From the NCBI GenBank assembly GCA_963664325.2, contig CAXXDQ010000003.1, positions 704,001 through 768,000 of the forward strand: a stretch of DNA of 64,000 nt. The letters run 5' to 3'. Made by a program: the position numbers and the translations under genes. Every line of letters begins with the position of its first letter. The first letter of the stretch is position 1. This DNA is from Desulfomonilia bacterium (GTDB lineage: Bacteria > Desulfobacterota > Desulfomonilia > UBA1062). The notes below the pieces were generated by a model that was not told where the DNA came from, did not search any database, and saw only the letters and a list, made by a program, of their open reading frames with translations. Positions 58,053 to 64,000 of this stretch are shown in pieces.

Positions 58053-59192
58053 ATGCAGTTTATTGACCTTAAAAAACAGCAGGAAAGAATAAGGGAAAAA
58101 ATAGAATCCGGAATAAAAAAGGTTCTGGATAACGGCCAATATATTATGGGACCTGAAATAAAGGAACTTGAAAATAAACTGGCTGAATATGTCGGCATCA
58201 AACATGCAATAGGATGTGCCTCGGGAACCGATGCTTTGCTGATGGCGCTTATGGCTTACGAGGTCGGGCCGGGGGATGCGGTTTTCACAACACCTTTTAC
58301 TTTTGTCGCGACAGCCGAAGTTATCTCGCTTCTTGGCGCCACGCCGGTTTTTGTAGATATCGAACCTGATACCTTCAATATCGACCCTGTAAAGCTTGAA
58401 AAAACTATTATTGCCGTTGAGCGGGGTGGTAGTCAGGAATATCCCCTTCCCATCGGGGTGGAAGGTCTTGTCCCCAGAGGGATAATACCAGTTGATCTTT
58501 TTGGGCAGGCGGCAAATTATGAAATAATTAATGGGATAGCCGAAAAGCATGGTCTATTTGTAATCGAGGATGCCTGCCAATCTTTCGGCGCAGAATACAA
58601 AAGTAAAAAAGCTTGTTCGCTGGCTGATATTGCCTGTACATCTTTCTTTCCGGCAAAACCTCTCGGCTGTTATGGAGATGGAGGGATGGTCTTTACGGAT
58701 AACGATGAGCTTAAAGAAAAAATGATTTCAATAAGGGTTCACGGTTCAGGGTCAGACAAATATGATAATGTCCGGCTTGGCATCAACGGCAGGCTTGATA
58801 CTTTGCAGGCAAGTGTATTGCTGACCAAATTTGAAATATTTCCGGAAGAAATGGATTTGAGACAAACCGTTGCAAAGAGGTATGCAGATTTTTTAATAAA
58901 AAGCGTAAGTGTCCCTTTTGTTGCGGAAGGGTGCAGAAGTGCATGGGCACAGTATTCTGTTCTTTGCAATAACCGTAATGAACTGATCGACAAGCTTAAG
59001 ACAGCCGGTATCCCTGTAGCCATATATTATCCCATCCCGCTTCATCTTCAGGGTGCCTACAGGTATCTGGGTTACCAAAAAGATTCTTTCCCCGTTTCCG
59101 AAAAAACTGCAGGACGAATATTCAGCATCCCCATGCATCCATATCTGACTGAACAGGAACAGATGACAATCGCTTCGGTAATAACAGGATAG
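58053..59192 (+). CDS. wbpE: DegT/DnrJ/EryC1 sugar aminotransferase (WbpE-like)
   Basis: SGTDAL, IEDACQSFGA, SFFPAKPLGCYGDGG, NGRLDTLQA, YYPIPLHLQ. Confidence 0.88.
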   Translation: MQFIDLKKQQERIREKIESGIKKVLDNGQYIMGPEIKELENKLAEYVGIKHAIGCASGTDALLMALMAYEVGPGDAVFTTPFTFVATAEVISLLGATPVFVDIEPDTFNIDPVKLEKTIIAVERGGSQEYPLPIGVEGLVPRGIIPVDLFGQAANYEIINGIAEKHGLFVIEDACQSFGAEYKSKKACSLADIACTSFFPAKPLGCYGDGGMVFTDNDELKEKMISIRVHGSGSDKYDNVRLGINGRLDTLQASVLLTKFEIFPEEMDLRQTVAKRYADFLIKSVSVPFVAEGCRSAWAQYSVLCNNRNELIDKLKTAGIPVAIYYPIPLHLQGAYRYLGYQKDSFPVSEKTAGRIFSIPMHPYLTEQEQMTIASVITG

Positions 59193-59239
59193 AGAGGCGT
59201 ATCCTTTCCAGGGAATGAAAAAAATCTGACCTTTAATAT

Positions 59240-60811
59240 ATGGAGAACACAATGATAGCAATTATTGGCGCAGGATACTGGGGTAAAAATCTTGTAAGGA
59301 ATTATAAGGAACTTGGTGTGTTAAAAACTGTATGTGATGCCAGCATGAAGTCGCTCACTGAACTGGAAAATCAATATTCGGGTGTCGGGTTCACAACCAG
59401 TTTTAATGAGGTTCTTGATGATAATGATATAAAAGGTGTTGTAATCGCCGCGCCCGCTGCCATGCACTTCTCCCTGACCAGGGAAGCTCTTCTTTCAGGA
59501 AAAGATGCATATGTTGAAAAGCCGCTGGCGCTTGACCTGAAAGAAGCCGAGGAGCTTCGCGATATAGCTGACAAAAGTTCAAAAATACTTATGGTAGGCC
59601 ATCTTCTGCAGTATCACCCCTGCTTTATTAAATTGAAGGAACTTATCAGACAAGGCCAGCTTGGAAGGATTGATTACATCTATTCAACCAGACTCAATTT
59701 TGGGAAAATAAGAAGGGAAGAAGACATTTTATGGAGCTTCGCCCCGCATGATATTTCCATGATACTCTCATTGGCTAATGAAACTCCTGAATCTGTAATT
59801 GCTGCAGGAGGTTATTACCTTCACAAAAAGATAGCTGATGTAACTACGACACATCTCGAGTTCGCATCAGGGCTCAGGGCGCATGTTTTTGTGTCATGGC
59901 TGCATCCCTTCAAAGAGCAGAAACTAGTGGTTGTCGGTGAAAAGGGCATGGCGGTCTTCAATGATACGTTGCCATGGGGGGATAAACTTGAATTGTATCC
60001 TCACAACGTCAAATGGGAAAACGGCATACCTGTGCCTGATAAAAAAGAGGCAGTAAAAATTGAAGTGGAAAATGCTGAACCGCTTAAAAAAGAGTGCGAA
60101 CATTTTATTTCTTGCATCGGAACCAGGCAAAAGCCTTTAACTGACAGCAATGAAGGTATCGAGGTTCTGCGAATTCTTAAAGCTGGTCAGCTCTCGCTTG
60201 ATAATTCAAGCATGAAAGTTTTTATTGCTGAGCTTTATCCGAAAGATAAGGGGTATTTTGCACACAACTCCAGTTATATCGATGATGGAGTCGAAATAGG
60301 CGAGGGTACAAAAATCTGGCATTTCAGCCACATTTTAAAGGGAACCAGGATCGGCAGAAAATGTAACATAGGCCAGAATGTGGTAATCGGACCCGATGTG
60401 AAAATCGGAAGCGGCTGCAAGATACAGAATAATGTATCCGTGTATAAAGGGGTGACGCTGGAAGATGATGTCTTCTGCGGGCCTTCCATGGTGTTTACAA
60501 ATGTGTACAACCCAAGGGCTCATATTGCAAAAATGGACGAAATGAGGCCGACGCTTGTTAAAAAAGGTGTGACAATCGGTGCAAATGCAACGATCGTCTG
60601 CGGGTATACCATAGGCGAATATGCATTCATCGGCGCGGGAGCAGTCGTTACAAGAGGAGCCCTGGCGCATGCCCTCATGGTGGGCAATCCTGCTAAACAG
60701 ATCGGCTGGATGTGTGAATGCGGGGAGAGGCTCGATGACAGATTGTCCTGCTCACATTGCGGGAAATCATTTGTATATACAAATAGTGAAGGCCTTAACC
60801 TTTCAAGATAA
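59240..60811 (+). CDS. Fused Gfo/Idh/MocA oxidoreductase + hexapeptide N-acetyltransferase (WbpB-WbpD-like)
   Basis: GAGYWG, VEKP, HD motifs in the N-terminal ~330 aa; [12 protein letters not shown]…KIQNNVSVY…[15 protein letters not shown]…[14 protein letters not shown] in the C-terminal part. Confidence 0.88.
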   Translation: MENTMIAIIGAGYWGKNLVRNYKELGVLKTVCDASMKSLTELENQYSGVGFTTSFNEVLDDNDIKGVVIAAPAAMHFSLTREALLSGKDAYVEKPLALDLKEAEELRDIADKSSKILMVGHLLQYHPCFIKLKELIRQGQLGRIDYIYSTRLNFGKIRREEDILWSFAPHDISMILSLANETPESVIAAGGYYLHKKIADVTTTHLEFASGLRAHVFVSWLHPFKEQKLVVVGEKGMAVFNDTLPWGDKLELYPHNVKWENGIPVPDKKEAVKIEVENAEPLKKECEHFISCIGTRQKPLTDSNEGIEVLRILKAGQLSLDNSSMKVFIAELYPKDKGYFAHNSSYIDDGVEIGEGTKIWHFSHILKGTRIGRKCNIGQNVVIGPDVKIGSGCKIQNNVSVYKGVTLEDDVFCGPSMVFTNVYNPRAHIAKMDEMRPTLVKKGVTIGANATIVCGYTIGEYAFIGAGAVVTRGALAHALMVGNPAKQIGWMCECGERLDDRLSCSHCGKSFVYTNSEGLNLSR

Positions 60812-60963
60812 TATTTCAGAGAAAATTCTTCCTATGAAAATGGTAGGAAAGATTGAGATTGAATATTAGAGTCTGTTATGTTTAAAAATGCATAAGTGAA
60901 TATTTGAATTGAGTGTAATTTAAACAAATTTATCTGGATTTGTTTTGATAAAAGGAGAGAACC

Positions 60964-61140
60964 ATGGATTGGCTTTTCACTATTGATCTTGATGAGAAAG
61001 TTGTTGAAAAGATAGACAATACAGCAAAGAGGTTAGGAAAAACCAGGATAGAAGTGGCCAATATAATAATCAGCCATATACTTGAAAATCTAATGGCTGA
61101 AAAACAGAATGATGAATATGACATGGAAATGAACTTTTGA
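60964..61140 (+). CDS. 58-aa ribbon-helix-helix (CopG-like) protein, absent from the ORF track
   Basis: Manual translation MDWLFTIDLDEKVVEKIDNTAKRLGKTRIEVANIIISHILENLMAEKQNDEYDMEMNF*; SD AAGGAGA upstream. Confidence 0.7.
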   Translation: MDWLFTIDLDEKVVEKIDNTAKRLGKTRIEVANIIISHILENLMAEKQNDEYDMEMNF

Positions 61141-61489
61141 TGCAATGAAAAAAGGTTCTTCAAATTAGCAAAAATTCTTTTAATACGATTCATGATGTTT
61201 AAAGCGTGATAAATTGAAAATGACAATTGAAAAATGTGAATATTTCATAAATGAATGAAAGATCAGCTCTGGAAAAAAACCTAATTCAATCGTTGCACAA
61301 TGCAAGTACATGCTATGAATTATTAACTCATATTTCCGGAGATAATCTTTTCAAGGATTGCAGTTTTATCCTGTCTGAAGTACTCAGATTAAATCAAGGC
61401 TCACAAGAGATTTTAATTGCGGTATGATTTCCCTTACATGAACCCAGGATAGGATCATAATATAATAAAAAACATGCACAATAAAAGAT

Positions 61490-62929
61490 ATGGAGGATGA
61501 AATGGAGTCCATGAAAGAAACTAACGATGCGCAAGAAAGATTCGACGAAAGAGAAATTGATTTTATGAAAATTTTTTTGATAATTAAAAGGCATAAATTG
61601 CTCATCATGTCTATTATTGCTGTATGCGTTTTAATCGGCTGTATTTATATCTTGAAACATACAAATAGCGTCTCCGGGTGCAAGGTCGCCCTGACCTTTA
61701 ACGGTATTGACAAACATGAATATCCTGATGGTGACAAGTTTGAAATGAACGACTTGATATCATCAGATGCAATTACTGAAGTAGCGAAGATCATTGAAGA
61801 CCCTAATAAAAGGAAAATGTTCGAAAAGAATCCAAGGGCATTTCTTTTTGTAGACCCATTTATCCCAATAGAGGTTCAGGATAAAGCAAGCCGTATGGAG
61901 AAGTTGGAAAGAAAGACTCTGGTTTACCTGCCGAACCAGTATTATATAAGATTTATACAAAAGCTTGGCGGCTCTTTTGATGGAAGAGAAAGAACACGAA
62001 TTCTCTATGGTCTTATACAATCATTCGAACACAAGTTCTCTGATGATTTTATTAACAGGCCGTTTCTGACTGTTCAATTATCCCAGGATCAAAGCAAAAA
62101 CAGCGATTATATAGACACTTTTGAAGTATTAAACAATGTTGCAAATAATTACATGGGATTTCTCAATAAAAAGATGGAGGAAGCCGGGTACTTCAGATCA
62201 GCAAAGACAGGGAAATCATTTATTGACCTGCAAACGGAACTGAAAAACATGATGGATATCGACCTGCTTGGTGTTGATTCTCTTATATACTATTATCGAC
62301 TTTCAAAATATAAAAATTTCCTTTTGACAAAAACACAATACAAGGTCAGGCAAATGGAAAAGGAAAGAGAAAAAAAGATGATGGAATCCGAAATGGCTAA
62401 TAACTTGCTCAAACAGGTTCTTGAAAAGGACAAGGGGCGTTCAAATACCGCAATGTCAGTAGGAACACCCAATTCACAAATCGTTGTCGATGCAGATACA
62501 ATTGAAAAACTAAACCAGAAAGAATATCTAAACTTGTTGATCAAAAGATCTCTTGAGTCCGGAGTTGAATCACAAAATCTGGAAGTCGATAAAAAGTATC
62601 TGCAGGAATATATAGACCTTCTGCAAAAGACACAGGGAAAGGAAATAGATGTGGTTTCCGCCAAGGCTTTTGTAGAAGAAAGGCTTGAAATAATCAGACT
62701 TGAATTAGCGCGTATTGCAAAGGCAGCCAACGAACTGAATCAGGAATATATGTTATCCAGGTATTCAAATGTTATTAAGATAACTGAGGAGCCTCATAAC
62801 TATAAACAATATGACATGAGTCCGATCATGGTGATAGCGATCTCAATTTTTGTCGGATTAGTCATATCACTTGGCCTGGTATTCATCTTCTATTTTATAA
62901 ATGCGGGACCTAAAAAAGAAAGTTTGTAG
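61490..62929 (+). CDS. Wzz-like polysaccharide co-polymerase (chain-length determinant)
   Basis: EIDF..IF…I motif plus N-terminal TM, long coiled-coil periplasmic region, Pro then C-terminal TM. Confidence 0.7.
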   Translation: MEDEMESMKETNDAQERFDEREIDFMKIFLIIKRHKLLIMSIIAVCVLIGCIYILKHTNSVSGCKVALTFNGIDKHEYPDGDKFEMNDLISSDAITEVAKIIEDPNKRKMFEKNPRAFLFVDPFIPIEVQDKASRMEKLERKTLVYLPNQYYIRFIQKLGGSFDGRERTRILYGLIQSFEHKFSDDFINRPFLTVQLSQDQSKNSDYIDTFEVLNNVANNYMGFLNKKMEEAGYFRSAKTGKSFIDLQTELKNMMDIDLLGVDSLIYYYRLSKYKNFLLTKTQYKVRQMEKEREKKMMESEMANNLLKQVLEKDKGRSNTAMSVGTPNSQIVVDADTIEKLNQKEYLNLLIKRSLESGVESQNLEVDKKYLQEYIDLLQKTQGKEIDVVSAKAFVEERLEIIRLELARIAKAANELNQEYMLSRYSNVIKITEEPHNYKQYDMSPIMVIAISIFVGLVISLGLVFIFYFINAGPKKESL

Positions 62930-62938
62930 GATCGATCT

Positions 62939-64000
62939 ATAAAAAAATTCAGATTCCTTATTTTATCAATCGTATTGTTGATTAGGGGGGATCTTTACGC
63001 CGCAGTTGAGGTTGCCAACAACAACGAATGGTTATCACCGACCGGTGTGATATCAGATATTGAAATGTTATCCCCAAGATATCGAAACAGCATTTATCTG
63101 TCTCAACGGCCAAAGCAAATCCGTGCTCGCTTTACATGCAATTTTGATGAATCAAAAAGAAAAAGTATATTTTATGCATTTGCAACGGATGACGATATAC
63201 CCACCCAATGGCAACAGATTCAAAATGAAAACATTATAGAATCTGCTATCAATGAGACAATTTACAAGAAAAAAAAACTTACCTTGAAGGTTTACTTCAA
63301 GGGAATACCTGGCATTGATAAACTGTCTACGACATTGAAAGTTATTCCTCCAGCAACAGACAGCAGGGAAATTATTATTGGCGACAATAATGAGACGCTT
63401 ATTGATGGTAAACCTTTTTTCCCTGCAGGTTTTTACAGCATGGCAGAGGGTGATAAGAACGAACCGGTTGCAAAGGCCAAGTATAATGTTGTGATAGGTG
63501 TAAAAACTTCTTCAAGTAAAGCATGGCTTGACAGTTGTAAGCAGCTTGGTTTGCTTGGTATGGCGACAATATCGCGAAAGAGTATTTCCGATTTTGATGG
63601 ATCGGCTATCCGTAATTATGTTCGTGATATAAAAAATCATCCCGCCCTTTTAGGATACTATCTTTTCGATGAACCTCATCCGGAAAATACCGGCCAGACT
63701 CCTGAAGAAATAAAGCATGTTTATGATGTCATTGCTGACGAAGACCCTTATCACCCTGTAGCTATATGCATAAATCATTTAGATCTTATCAAACAGTATA
63801 TAGACTGTTATGACATATTGATGCCAGATTTCTATCCAATTCAACAAAACATACTGCCTTTGAAATCCTTATATGCTGTGATTGAGAAATCTATTAGGTA
63901 TGTCGATAAAAGAAAGCCTGTCTGGCCAGTTCTTCAATCATTTGGACAGGATGTGACTGAGGATATGGGAGAAAAAAGTCATTATATAACACCGACACCG
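62939..64000 (+). CDS. Secreted glycoside-hydrolase-like TIM-barrel protein (partial, runs off the window; apparent ATA start)
   Basis: Manually read frame with no stop to 64000: IKKFRFLILSIVLLIRGDLYA|AVE…IDGKPFFPAGFY…HPALLGYYLFDEP…DPYHP…DILMPDFYPI…KPVWPVLQSFG. Confidence 0.75.
   Translation, partial: MKKFRFLILSIVLLIRGDLYAAVEVANNNEWLSPTGVISDIEMLSPRYRNSIYLSQRPKQIRARFTCNFDESKRKSIFYAFATDDDIPTQWQQIQNENIIESAINETIYKKKKLTLKVYFKGIPGIDKLSTTLKVIPPATDSREIIIGDNNETLIDGKPFFPAGFYSMAEGDKNEPVAKAKYNVVIGVKTSSSKAWLDSCKQLGLLGMATISRKSISDFDGSAIRNYVRDIKNHPALLGYYLFDEPHPENTGQTPEEIKHVYDVIADEDPYHPVAICINHLDLIKQYIDCYDILMPDFYPIQQNILPLKSLYAVIEKSIRYVDKRKPVWPVLQSFGQDVTEDMGEKSHYITPTP

Noticed and set aside
1-64000. CRISPR arrays, IS elements, integrases, rRNA
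   Set aside because: No regularly spaced repeats, transposase or integrase motifs, or rRNA-like tracts were seen by eye; intergenic regions are mostly short.

Overview
A gene-dense chromosomal window from a Gram-negative anaerobe. Gene content and order (yicC-remA-gmk, rsmD-coaD-aminotransferase, rpoZ-dnaJ, hrcA/CIRCE, PEP-CTERM and delta-60 repeat proteins) suggest Desulfobacterota/Deltaproteobacteria; this is inference. Most of it is housekeeping: tRNA-Leu(TAA), ftsY operon, glycerate and glycerol kinases, fbp/fba, hrcA-grpE-dnaK, argS, an acyl-CoA ligase, a complete membrane-bound group 1 [NiFe] uptake hydrogenase operon with hyp genes, and the start of an AT-rich surface-glycan locus. The two best candidates for an undescribed system are cell-envelope operons. 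(1) At 13.5-19.6 kb, a ~1013-aa predicted helical lipoprotein of unrecognised family lies under its own sigma70 promoter, directly upstream of two tandem FadL-family channels: a possible capture/uptake module for hydrophobic substrates. (2) At 0.65-5.9 kb, a CsgG/HfaB-like + TPR protein, a 14-repeat delta-60 lipoprotein and a beta-barrel form a possible surface-display module. Other points: a probable integration scar at the tRNA 3' end, a tandem two-domain LPS-type kinase, an IlvD/Edd-GH31 pair, an unlisted RHH gene, a glycoside-hydrolase-like ORF whose signal peptide begins at ATA in frame behind an amber stop, and candidate leaderless genes. No CRISPR array, rRNA, transposase or integrase was seen. 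Family assignments come from motifs recognised by eye, not from database searches.
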